DNA of 64,000 nt from Antedon mediterranea (Eukaryota; Animalia; Echinodermata), in NCBI RefSeq assembly GCF_964355755.1, contig NC_092674.1:4154001-4218000 (forward strand), written 5' to 3'. Of the stretch, positions 12,701 through 25,800 are shown piece by piece. The notes below the pieces were generated by a model, which made no database searches, was not told the origin of the DNA, and saw nothing but the letters and a program-made list of their open reading frames with translations. The stretch's first letter is position 1; every line of letters starts with the position of its first letter. A program made the translations under genes and the position numbers.

Positions 12701-15700
12701 ATTAGAAGCTCATCTGTTAAAAGACCGAAGTATGAATGCAAGAATACGTTTTAGGTAAAACAACATTCAAAAAAATACTTCAAAACTGGAGCTTGGTGGT
12801 TAACATGCTTGCTTTCCAATCCAATGGTTCAATCCTGACCCAGTGCTAGGGTTGTAACTCACAACTCTCCACTCGCTAAGCCTCAAATTAGACTTTAAAT
12901 AGTTTATCCATCCTGTAATTGGCGAGTTTGTGCTCGCTGTTGGATGCGTATGAATAAAAAAAAATATGGAAAAACAAGCCTGTAAACTTTGTTCAAAGTA
13001 AGGAGAGAACAACCATGAGGACGCATTTAAATTATTTAATTCTATTTTATGAAGTTTTTTTTTACTTTACATTATTGAATCTTTTCTATTATATTGTGCC
13101 AGGAAAATAAATGCTATTGATATTAATTATGCTATTTACATCATTTTCAATTTCATTAATTTTTCCTGAAATTTAGATTTGGTGGAAGCGAATTTCCTCC
13201 TTTGATATTATTCAAGATATTCACTCATACAAAACATGGTATAGGCTTACAGTACTATAGTGGAAAGAAGTGCATTAAGCCAGCATCTGAGGTACTGTAT
13301 ATACAACAGAAATAGTTGAACTTTTGTATTCTTTACAAAACTCAGGCCTAGGCCATTTATTTCACATTGGCCAACAGCCTGTATATACAACATTGTCTTC
13401 TTCCCTAAACCAGATATTATAGTTCACTATAATATCTCTATGCCTAAACTCAGGCCTAGGCCATTTATGTTCAAATACAATTGGCCAGTAGCATGAGGTT
13501 TAAAAATATTGTAATATAAACAATAGCATCAATATTAAATAATATAATTATTTCAGACAAAAGCTCTGCAATTTTTTCTGGCTGTTTTATTTATTGTTTT
13601 GTTTTAGCTTTTTGTGTATTTTATTTGTATCTCCATTGAGATCCAGCCACAGCATTGTCATTTATCAGTGCGTATTTTATTTATATCTATATTGGGATCC
13701 AGCCAGTGACACTATGAACTGCAAAAACGAAATTGAAATTCATGATGTAAATTAATTGCTCTAGTAGTAGTTCATAATTATCTCAGAATATATTACATCC
13801 ATTAATGCATTAACAAGACCACATTAGTGCAACATGTTTTCGATTATTAATTAACGCTTTTAAAACCCTGCTTGTAGGCAGCGGTGGACGCGTGCCAGAT
13901 GATGGGAAACCGTAAATTTTATGATCAGATAATTTCCGACGCTTGTCAATACGAGAAGCACGGGATTACGGAGGAGGTTGATGTTACCACGGTGAAGGAC
14001 TACATGCAAGTAAGAACATAAATCAACTGAATTTGATGAGAATTATTTTATTTATTATTATTTGATGAGAATTATTTTATTTATTATTTTACATTAAAGT
14101 AAAGAGGCTGCATAACATTAAAAAATGTAAAATCAATGTTAGAATAAAAAATAAAAAAACCTTTTATTAATATTAATAATTCATTTTTTATTTCAAAAAA
14201 TTCACTTCCAGGTCAGGTTGAATACAATTTTTACAATATTAAAAAATGTGGTATGCAACTTGGTTGAATGAGTATTGACAATTATTCTCATGTTTATACA
14301 AATACTATGACCCTGATTTTAAATCTGACACAGACGGTCTTTACATTTCCTAAAGCTTTTAATCATTTAAATATTTCCGTACTATTTATGATTAACAATC
14401 ATGTTATGACAGGAAATATAAACAATTTAAATAAAAATTCAAACTGGGGTGACAACATATTTTCTGTTTTTATTTAATTTATAAATGACTAAAGTTTTTA
14501 AGTTGAATGCCATATTATTATAGAAAAAACTATATCATCTAAATTTAAACTTGTATTTTTCTTTTTTTAAGTATCTTAGTGTATTGGATGAGTTACCAGC
14601 TTACATGGGAGGCAAAGAAAACCTGTGGAGGAAGCTGGATCTTAATAGTTAGTATTTCTCTCATTTTTTAATCTCATCTCCATACTCTGTCAAAGGGAGG
14701 GGGAAGGGGAATAGTACTCACTGACCTTTAGCTAAACTACTGTATTAGCAATAAAAACCTATTTAAAAACAGAATTCCAGTGATATTTGCAGAATTATGG
14801 CCAATTTACACAGACATGCGGTAACGGTAATAAAAATATAGAATCTATGTTATTCTTTATGACCATACACACAACGCGGATCGGACGGGCGGTTTCTGCT
14901 CAGGATAAATACAGTTTATGTGGGACAAGTTACATAGTTTTCCGCTCACTGTTACCGCTCGTCTGTGTAAATGATCCTTTACTCTGTTAAGTAAGGAATA
15001 TATCCGATCTCTTGACTGTGTATTATAAAATTTCTAGTTTTAACAAGGTCAACAATTTTGTATGATATTGTGGACTACATCGAAGGAAACCAAGCAAGCC
15101 CTCGTCTAAAGAGTGAAATGAAAGCGCTTATATCAAGACCTATTACACAAGACATGCAACGAGAACATATACGAATCATTTCAGAACTCAGGTATATACA
15201 TAGACACTCAAGACAGCACCACTGGCTCGATTAGTGTGATGTACCCAAATATGGTAGTGATATGACATCATCATGTCCATATATGGGCATATCACAGTTT
15301 TTGTCACATAAATTTGATTTTATTTTTATTTTACTTCAATTTAAGTATTTCTTATTTATTATATAAAGATCTGTAGACCCATTGGTACTTGTGAAGTCTG
15401 CAAACACAGCACGAGGGACGAGCGCAGGCCGGTCCAGTCGAGGTTCACGACAGGCTAAACAAAGAGCTGATAAAATGAAGCGTATGTACCAGTCAGCAAA
15501 TGAAGTGAGTGTTTTCCTTTTGATCTCTTTTTAAAGCTCTGTCTACACTATTAAACTTTATGTGATGTGATGTGCCCATATATGGGGGCATAATGTCATA
15601 TCACTACCATGTTTGGCCATATCATTACTATTACCTAACTATTAACTTATAGAATTTGGTTATCTCGGTTCTATTCATTCTAAGGTAGAATCTTAATTAG

Positions 15701-16683
15701 AAAACGCTCGCTGGTGGTGCTACATCATTCCAAAAAAATTGTGTTTGTTTTGTTACTAACTATTGATAATAACATTTCAAGTTGTTCCTTATTTTATTTA
15801 AATTTAAAAATTGCCTTGTTTAAAGTTCAACCAACCAACATGACACACTTTAGCTTGATACCTGATAAACGGTAAATTGTTAACAAGAGATTATTCTACA
15901 TTGATTTCCTTCCTTTATATGGTTTGTCGGAAAAGATCAATTCTGATAAATCAATTGATACATTATATTTATGTTTTAAATAGTGTAGAATTACAGACAA
16001 TAACATGGTTTGTTACAATGTGTTTGTAATGATGATTAGAAAAAATTAATATAATATTGAAGTATATTTAGTTCTTAGTTCCTGTGGCCTTGGTTTTCTT
16101 TATTACTAAACCACTTAAACTTTAACATTATTCATAAAGTGTAATGATATATTAATAATTACTGTGAGCTGTTTGGGTCGAAAAAATAGATGTAGTTGTA
16201 GTAATGAGTATGTAGTTTTACTGAAAGAAGGAGAGGGTGCACTAAAGGTCATATTCATATTTGTTGTGTCAAATGAATACATTTTAACAGAAAAAGAGAA
16301 TGTACACAACTGACATTATTAAGTTAACAATCTTTAAAAGTAAAAAAAAAATATTGCCACAAGCGAAGATCAAACTCAGAAACTTCTGTTTAAGGCCAGG
16401 AGTACTGTATGTACGCACCCAGAGGAGCGTCTCTAGCCCAGGGGTGCGTCTCTAGCCCAGGGGTGAGTAACCCTTTGTCGAGCATTGTATCTTCCACCAT
16501 AGTGTGTATAATTTTTTATTGTAGAATGAACCGGGCTTACAATTTGACGTTACTCTATTGAATGAAGGGGTAAACAACAGCTTTGAACTACCACAGTCTG
16601 GGGATGAATTAGAAGAGGAAGCTGATCAGCTGTACACATGGACGCAGAATTTATCATACGATGACATTGATTTGACCTCTTGA
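6793..16683 (+). CDS. CXorf58: CXorf58-like uncharacterised conserved protein, spliced
   Basis: GT-AG exons 6793-6956, 7088-7187, 12660-12754, 13177-13291, 13878-14009, 14572-14647, 15038-15191, 15369-15504, 16525-16683 join in frame. Motifs MFRLLKHAICAAE, RFGGSEFPPLILFKIF, DACQMMGNRKF and GGKENLWRKL match CXorf58 as recalled. AATAAA at 16814. Confidence 0.88.
7577..7688. repeat. DIRS internal complementary region (ICR)
   Basis: 7577-7658 is the reverse complement of 7352-7433, and 7653-7688 is the reverse complement of 12295-12330. The two halves overlap on TATTTT. Confidence 0.95.
8003..9000 (-). pseudogene. DIRS tyrosine recombinase, frameshifted before the catalytic Tyr
   Basis: SWRRSMWKQY...SSRLQTL...KTSRP...LCPV...AHSVRAAAS. 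A frameshift falls in the T8 run at 8162-8169, then LRNVPVDLIMKTAGW...RYYNKP continues to a stop at 8003-8005. Confidence 0.9.
8961..10900 (-). pseudogene. pol: DIRS pol: reverse transcriptase, RNase H and DNA adenine methyltransferase-like domain, with one in-frame stop
   Basis: GGRL...KKDGGFRMILDL...DLKDAYF, then TAA at 10418-10416 (KYL*FVWK), then LPNGLSSGPR, YIDD, TDASGLGWG, INYLEL, DNTTAVAYIN, DIDLFAS and YAFPPF. Confidence 0.92.
10900..12229 (-). pseudogene. gag: DIRS gag-like ORF1, frameshifted
   Basis: Starts MERKSLAIQE at 12229, then switches frame near 11630-11655 into GFAARFAVSNELAPAVSQEL...PENLEALMVPKVNPTIW...YTHLCKPSIKPTEYLFGD, a typical DIRS gag. The 3' boundary is approximate. 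Confidence 0.8.
12788..13012 (+). mobile_element. Probable tRNA-derived SINE remnant, family 3
   Basis: GCTTGGTGG...GGTTCAATCCTGACC.AGTGC.AGGG.TGTA head, with an inverted related copy at about 45045-45140. Confidence 0.45.
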
Positions 16684-18559
16684 CATTTGAACTGTGGATG
16701 AGTGGTCATAGGAAATAACAAGCATATACTTGATCCATATCTTGTCATAAATTTGAATGTGTGGATGGGTGGTTATAAAAGGAAAGTTAGTTACTCATTG
16801 GAATAATATTTTAAATAAAGTACTTTGGTACTTGTAAATATTAGATGTTATATCTTGAATTCCAATTTGTGTACACTACAGTAAATGCTTCCGTTACTGT
16901 GTAGCGGCCATTTTGTTTTCTTTACCTGCTGTCTCAGCGTAATATTGCAAAGCTTTTGATATTTTGGGCTTGTTTCAAACAAAATAAGTACATAGAGTAC
17001 ATGAGCTATGTTCATTATTTTGAACAAGAATAATTTTAGTGTGTACCATTCTGCACAGAAGTTAATGCAATGCGTAAACTGAATAATTCTAAAATACCAA
17101 AGTTGCTATTAGGACTGAAACTTCCATTCCAATACCATGTTAAATGGTGCATATTTTTAGTCTACCATTGTTTTATTTTGTATAGAGTTATTGTCATAAT
17201 ATATTTTGTCCAGGTCCCTGTAAAACTGCATTTAATGTGCTAAACTTATCCAAAATTCCTAGTATTTAAAAAAAAATTGTAATTTGAAAATTTAAGAGAC
17301 AAATTAAATAATACTAATAACACATTATTTTGCAAATATTTCATTTATTATAAATTTGGTACTGTTCTGCATGAAAGCATATCTTATCGGCTGTCAAGGA
17401 GTATGTATGGAAGGCCATTTGTGCATTAATAACTATGAGTACCTCAGTCCACTTATACTAATATTTTCATTGTTTAAGCATAATGTACATTATTTAAATA
17501 AACAATTCATTTCAAGATCTTACCATATCCACTCTTCCTATAAAACAATCATGGATTCGCTCTGACACACAACATCATATTGTAATTCTACACAAGTTCA
17601 CAATGGAAGAATGAACATGACAGGAAACATACAGTTTACAACAATACCCTTACCAAATCTACCCACATACAAAAATATACCACAATTCGGATTGCACATT
17701 ATATTGAAAAGATATAGGAAACTAAAATAGTATATTAGGCCAAGTCAAATGTTTAATAATCCATTTTTATGTAGCGCAAGTTCTCAATGCCCTCTGTTAA
17801 TTTCTGGCCGATATAAAATGACTCTGCCTTGCCTTGCAAATAAATATTAAAGATAACAGACAGAAAAAACTCTGCTTGTATTAACTGATGACCAATGTTA
17901 AAATATTAGCAGACAGGAAATTGTGTATGTCTGGTATGAATTGAGGACCTTGTGAAATGACTGGAGATAGGCATGCTGATTGAAGCCTTCGTTCACACAC
18001 AACCACCCACATGGTTTGGTTTTACTATACTGTACCATACCAAGACTAGTATAAATCTACCTCAAAAAGCTTTAGTTTGGACTAAATTCCAAGGTATTTT
18101 TGGTCCACATTTAATCCTATATGTAATCCAACATTATCCCCTTCCCTATAAACAACCCAATATAAAAATTACGTAGGTACAATACTTTTTGCAATTTCAT
18201 AATTCTCTATCAGACTGTATTTTATAATGATCTTTCATTTTAAGAAGTCTACTATACTATAAAGCCCAGTTCTTGATTCAATATTCCCAAAAGTCTTTTT
18301 CATTTTAATTTAGTATTACCATTCATCAATCATTCTAGATATCCAATAAAATAACACTTTGCATTTGTATGCAAATTACGTTTGAACATTCTAATCTTCA
18401 TAACTTTTTGTTCTAAATTTATATTAACCATTTTACCAAGAATGTTTAGTACAGTATTCCTTATTTCACTAGGCAATATAAAAACATTTAATAAATAGCT
18501 TTTAAGCACTGTTTTTAAGGCACTACTTGTGAATGGTTGATGGCTAACAAATGTGATTA

Positions 18560-18755
18560 CTGAATATTCATAATATTTGGATTATGTAATTACTGAATAT
18601 TCATGACATTAAAATGTAATTATTAAATATTCATGACATTAAAATGTAATTATTGAATATTCATGACATTAAAATGGAATTATTGAATATTCATATAATT
18701 AAAATGTAATTATTGAATATTCATATAATTAAAACGTAATTTCTATATATTCATA
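18560..18755. repeat. Minisatellite, 30 bp unit TGAATATTCATGACATTAAAATGTAATTAT
   Basis: About 6 copies, in the probable PPM1L 3' UTR. Confidence 0.8.
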
Positions 18756-19617
18756 GTAATATTATGAGTACTACAGTACCTTGGTCCAGGTTTGATCGTT
18801 TGGTTCATTACAATCATGACTCATTCACCTATTAAATTGAACTAGAATATGAGTCACAAAGCAATATTATAGTACTTAAATAATTATACACAATTGAATT
18901 AAATTAAAATTCATATGTATGACACACATAGTATTGACAGAAATTCTAAAAAACCGTATAGCAAAATGACAATTTTACCATTTTTCGTAATAATTTAAAA
19001 AATCATATTTGATAAAAACAAACATTTTTTTCACAGAAAACAAACGACTTGTAATGTAAAATAGTAAGTACATAACGTAATTATTATTTCAGGGAATACT
19101 ACAGTATAACATGCAAAGATGTTAAGATAATGTTATTTAAATAATAATAATAACTTATATTAAAATAACACAATGTGAAACTATAAAAAAAAAGCATAAA
19201 GCTTAAATATTTAAATATATTTTTGTCTACACAATCAAACTATGTGACAACAAAATGTAATGTGCACATATATGGACATGATGATGTCATCAATGCCATA
19301 TTTGGGCATATCACACTTTTTTTTATCAAACTAGATTGAAAGTGAAGACAGAGCATTACATACAATTTAAATTAAAGACAATTAAAACACTGACAAATAT
19401 TGCTCACTTATTCAATCTGGCTGAACTGCATTTCATATAAAATATTCCGAGTCTATTATTTCTTTGCGAAAATTAAATGTCAATAGACGTTTAAACTTTC
19501 CTTGTTTTAATTAAAAGTGACCTTTGACATCCAACTGCTTAAGAACCCCTTCACATTGCTAAGTATTTAGCTCTGTTTAAGTATCCTCTTCTGAATAAGA
19601 CAATCATTTATACTCAC

Positions 19618-21483
19618 TCATTTGTTTTTCACTTTATTTCTGGTTTTTTCTCCTAAACGTACAACCATAACAGTAATATTATCAAAAGAGCCTCTATAAT
19701 ACGCTTGCAGGACCAGACTCTTCGCACCTAGATGAGGCTCATCGAGTCGTTCTTTTATAAATTGCACCGCTTCCTCGTTCGTAAACACATCCCATAATCC
19801 ATCAGTGGCAAGAATCATAAACTGCGGTTTTACAGTTGACAAATTAAAAGTTTGTATATCAGGATCGGCAATAACATATTTATGTTCCTTTAAAGGAAAA
19901 TCCCCAAGAGCTCTTGACGTTGCGAGAATACCAGCTACGCGCCACACGCCGTTAAAAGATATAAAACCGCCAGCTTTTTTTATTCGACGGCGCTCCTGCG
20001 GCGACTGAGGTTTGTGGTCGTACGACATGGGTATAGCATTACCGTGTTCATCACATAAAACGCCCCGAGAATCTCCGACATTTGCGACAGTTAATTCGTT
20101 ACCCGATACGACTGCTACAATTGCTGTTGAGCCTATGAAAAGAGATAACAGAAATATTGATTTATACATTTATCTGAGTAGCTCTGTCTACACTATCAAA
20201 CTAAAAAAAAAGTATGATGTACCCAAATATGGTAGTGATATTCCCAAGTATGGTAGTAATATGGTGTCATTGTGTGACTGTCCATATATGGGCACATCAC
20301 ATTTTGTTGACACTTTTCCCTGGTTTTAATCTACTTTCTTTATACAGACTATTTTAATATTATATTATATAATAATACCTGCTACATCATTGTTCGATCT
20401 TGCAACAGTTAATAATTTAATAATCTACCTTCTTTATACAGACTATTTTAATATTATATTATATAATAATACCTGCTACATCATTGTTCGATCTTGCAAC
20501 AGTTAATAATTTTTCATCCAATAATAACATTTCTTCTATTAAAACCTGTGAATAGTTTATATTGGTGTTGCTGCTGTATTTTGATCTATTTAATCTTGCT
20601 ACAACTGTTTGGGACAATAATTTTTCTGCGAATTCTGAAGCGAACTAAAAATAAAATGATGATTTAAATCACATTTTATAGTATAAATATAAAAAAAAAA
20701 TTAACATTCATTAAATTTATTAATATAATATAATTCCAATCAAATAAACAACTATACATTGTTATTTACAATACCACACACAATAAATACAATTTTAAAA
20801 TACATTAAAAAAAATTAAACATATCCAGCTGCATTTCCACAAGCATAAATGCAAAATGGCTACACTTTCAACAAAAGTTTTGTGATGGTGGTCTAATGGT
20901 AGGGTGCCCACATTACCAAGAAATCCTGGTTCGAATCTCTTTTGGAGCACCTTTTTCTCATTCTCACCCTGTCAGGTTTCCCCCATCTTCACCGTTTTAA
21001 TAGATTGTAATTCATTTCACTTGACGGTTTATTAGTATTTATCTTTGTTTTTAAAATAGATAGATAAAATAAATATTATTATATACAAACCGTTCCACCG
21101 TGACCATCATAAACACCGTAAAAAGAAATTCCTGATTGACTGGAATCATCAGCATAATCATAGCGATCTTCCATATGTGACCTTCGACCTTGAATTGCAT
21201 ACACACCAATATTATCTTCTTTAAGTTCACGTTGAATAGTCTCTTGCGCTGACCCGAACACTATATTTTCAAAAAATGGTTTTCTAGGCCCATTTCCAGC
21301 AGACTTCGGAAGGCGTTCGTAACCAACGGTCGAATAGCGTTTTGCCCGTTCGATAACCATTCGGACGTTGTCACCGTTTAGTATATATCGATAGACAAAA
21401 ATAATAAGAGCAATAAGTATAAGTGTTTCGTACTTAAGGAAAACACTTTTAGTAACGCGACTTAACATTGCTAAAAATGCCAT
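19618..21483 (-). CDS. PPM1L: Protein phosphatase 1L (PP2C epsilon), 3 exons, 359 aa
   Basis: Exons 21483-21091, 20644-20473, 20132-19618. N-terminal TM (KYETLILIALIIFVY), GRRSHMED, YDGHGG, NVGDSRGVLC, DHKP, GILATSRALGDFPLK, ATDGLWD, GSFDNIT. Confidence 0.93.
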
Positions 21484-22824
21484 GATGACTGGAAAGACGA
21501 AATTTGTTGTAGGCCTGTCGGTGATCGGTTTTCATCAAGGCAGCAGCTGTCATTTCCTGGTATATTAAAACAGGTTGAAAGAGTTTATTCGTGACAGGTA
21601 GGTAGCCTAACAAGCATCACTTACGATACAGTTGTTTACTACTCTCTGTACTCAGTTATAAAAATCTGCATTGCGCCCTCTGTCGTTATCCAGGGCATTA
21701 CAACTTTTAGGTTACATGCAAATTATAGGCCCACCAGTCTAATAATGGGCTAAATGGGGGATAAGTTTACTATTGGGTCGTGCGCGCGTTGTGCGTTTCT
21801 CCCAAAGTATAATATAAAATATTGCTATTTAGCAACGACAGTGGTTATGATAGAGTCAATGACATTGTTATGCATTTACAAAGTGAGACTTAAAAAAAAA
21901 ATAGGAGCGCTTATTGAGCCTGTGTTTTATAATCCGCCTCTGATTCGTGTTTTCCCAGCGCACCTAAGGTATTCAATCTAACCATGATTAGTTAAGATCT
22001 AGGCATATTTGTAGCATTGAGGGGGGCTAACAAATATTTCCAAAGTATTCCACTTATTAGTTAATTATTGACAAAACTAAAGAATGCTTTACAGGACATT
22101 ATACGGTATGGCATAGCTGCAGTTAAAGTTCACCATCCACGTACGTCAGGATTAGAGTGATCCGATCCGGTGGCCAGACAAAAATCCGAACTACGCTACT
22201 GTTTTTACGTGCTACGTTTCAATATGACGTCCACATACGTAATTTTCCTCCGTCACACTTCCGTCCTCCGTCACAACACGACGTATACGCAATGCGAGGT
22301 TGTTAACGCAACGCAACGCAATGACGTAAGCGCAACGCAAGCGAGTTGACCAATCACATGCGACTGTTCGAATAATCTATCGCTTGTGATTGGTCGAATG
22401 ACACTTGCCCCTATGTTGTTTTGTTGTGTCCAAGTGGGAACCACGCATTACATGTGGTGCGGTGACGTCCTTGTGTTTTGCATCTGAGTGGGACGAACGC
22501 CCCTCGAAAAGATCACCATACAATCTCTCTTTGATTATTAACATTTACAAAAATGTGTTTTTTTTATTTGAGGAAATCATGAAATCTTAAATAAAAAACA
22601 CATAGTAAAAAAAATACCAATGTTATAAAATTAAGCCCATGGGCTAATCAAGAGCTTACACTGTCGTATTTTGATCCGGGAACCAACAGGCAGGAAATAG
22701 AAAACAATTGTAATCTTCGGGAAGCAGATCATCACTGTAGAAGAAGGCGTATTGTTATTCAATCAAAGCAGAGGCTACTAGATCAATTGTTTTTACGTCG
22801 CTGCTGCAGGGTGCCTCTTGCAAT

Positions 22825-25800
22825 ATGTCCTGGGATCTTATATTAATCCTAGGCCTATATTTACTTTCGAAAGGTAAGATTTTGTATTTTCTAATGCTAC
22901 GGCAATGTACTATTATTTTAACTATTAAGCATAATATGTTTTTGTGATAATACTATATGGAGTAATTACTCTATGATAATACGTACGACTGGATTGGTTT
23001 TAATTTTATATAACCGCGTCACGTATACTGTTTTCGATTTGGCTTTTAAGACACTGTGTGCAGTAATAGGCTATATGTTAATAATAATAAGATTTTTATA
23101 GCGCACATACCACTCCAGAGTGCTCAAGGCGCATATATGTTAACTAATACTTGATCGTTCAACCAGTACCGTCCTTTGATCAGTAACCATATTGGTACAC
23201 GCATGTTACACGCGTGCATTGTCGAGCGAGGGTAAAATATAAAATCCCGAGTTTAGTTTTAGTGGCTGATTTAGAAGTTAAGCAGAAATTACCGTCAGTA
23301 GGCGAGATAGATAATTTTGATATTACTAGGCTGTATCGTTCGAATTTATATTTTAAATAAAATTCGTATAATATTTGTATTTGAGTATTTGGCATCACCC
23401 TGATATTGTGTCCTGCTTCCATTAAATATCTAAATAGTTAAAAGCACTTAAGTATGTTGGTCTGGACACATTTACAATGCAAATGTGACTCATTATCTAT
23501 ATATAAATTTACGTAAGGGCAAAATTCGGTAAATCGCGCCTTACTTTTAGAATTTTTACTCGATGGTATGTAAAGTTGGTTCGTACTTTCGGTACTGATT
23601 TTAACCGCCTGATGTAACCCTGTTTACTAATTAAATTAAGTTAGATAATTAGTTATTGACGATTAAAACGAATTTAGGTTCAAAGATTTGCCCCAAATAG
23701 GGGTGTTTTCCGATCGTGGTATACACTGTCTAATGGATGTCCATCTTGAAAAATACCCGCCACAAAAATGCGAGGAGGCTTCGCATTTTTCTATCTCCTC
23801 CTACGATAATTGTTTTTAATAGCTGAAAACCGGTTGAACAGTTCGAGTACAGCATCATAATGTTGAAGACAGGCCGATTTTCTTTAAAAAATACTATTTT
23901 GTTACATTTAATATACGTTTTTACAAATGTATTGATTTGTGATGAATGGAACATTCCAAATTATTTGGTTTAACCATACAGGTATAGATTTAGATTTATG
24001 GGCCTCCTTGGAGAATAAACATAAATAGTATTGCAATGCTGTACAATACTGTTAAGGTATTAACCACTTTTGATCGCAATTTGAATCGCAAATGTCTTAC
24101 TGTGAGTGTTGGTACTGTTAGATGTAATATAAAAATATATACAAATAAACTTTATTACTGTGAGTGTGGGTAGGCCCTACTGTTAGATTATAAACATATA
24201 ATATACAAATAAACATTCCAAATTATTTGGTTTAACCATAGAGGTATAGATTTAGATTTATGGGCCCCCTTGGAGAATAAACATAAATAGTACTGCAATG
24301 CTGTACAATACTGTTAAGGTATTAACCACTTTTGATCGCAATTTGAATAGCAAATTTCTTACTGTGAGTGTTGGTACTGTTAGATGTAATATAAAATATA
24401 TACAAATAAACTTTATTACTGTGAGTGTGGGTAGGCCCTACTGTTAGATTATAAACATATAATATACAAATAAATAAACGTTATTACTGACAGTTGCTTC
24501 TCAACGTTTGTATTAATTAATAATTTAAAAATATATAAACGTCGTAGTGGTGTATCGTTACATGTACTTTACTATTTCAATCGACTATGACAGTGAGAGT
24601 TTTAACAAAGTACCGTATTAAATCGTAAATGTTTTACTGTATTTAGTGGTATATTATTTATAGGCCTATAAAACATTAAAAACAATATTTCGTTACTGAG
24701 TGGATAAGAATATATTTTAAAATGTTTCCTCTTTGTACCTATCTTCTTTCCCCATCCCTCAACCCTTAATGTTACATACAAAACACAAATTGGGTTTGTT
24801 TAAATGAGTCCGAATAAAAAAATTTGTTTCTCTCTCGGAAGTAATTCCCAGGGTGCTAATTTTGGTTGACTACATAAATCATTGTGTATATTTATTCGTT
24901 TCTGTAAACGACAATGTATTATAGTCCTGCGGTACGTACATTTGAAATCTCCATTTTTTTCTCGCTGGAAATACTGTGTATTCGAGAACCATCTGTGGGC
25001 ACGACCTAGATGGTACGCGAGCGAAGCGAGCGTGCCATCTAGTCTGAACAATTTACCTATCATATTGAGTCATAATACGCAGATAATGTAACGTTATCAA
25101 CCACCCGGTTAATGCATCCTGTGTTTGTAATCAGAGGGTTTAGACAATGGTTATTAAGCAACTAGTTTTTCTTGCTAATATATCTCTAAAGTGGAAAATG
25201 CAATCTGTCCCGATGTGATTAAGTTTTATAGGCCAAGCCTAAAGGTGGGTACGGTCGAAACAATGTGATATTATGGTAGTAGGAGCTATTGTATTATCAT
25301 CACACAACTATGATAAATCGTTTCCTTGTTTCGCATGTAATGAACCAAATTAAAGTTAAAGTAATATATTTATGAGTATTCATAAGCTTTGCAACTGAGA
25401 GCGGCAATATATTCATGAATATTCATAAACTTTGCAGCAATTGACAACATCAATATATTCATGAATATTCGTAAGCTTTGTAACTGACAACGTCAATATA
25501 TTTATGAATATTCATAAGCATTGCAACTGACAACGTCAATATATTTATGAATATTCATAAGCTTTGCAGCAACTGACAAGATCAATATATTCATGAATAT
25601 TTATAAGCTTTGCAACTGACAACGTCAAAAAATTCATGAATATTCATAGGCTTTGCAACTAACAACGTCAATATATTCATGAATATTCATAAGCTTTGCA
25701 ACTGACAACATCATTGTAGATGTTGTGATAATAGATTTCCTCAGTTTCCAAAGTTAACGACGTGGTCATGTAGGCCCTACTTTCAGTTGTGAGATTACAC

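Noticed and set aside
20880-20950. tRNA gene (TGGTCTAATGG, GGTTCGAATC)
   Set aside because: No complete cloverleaf can be drawn; it is more likely a SINE head remnant.
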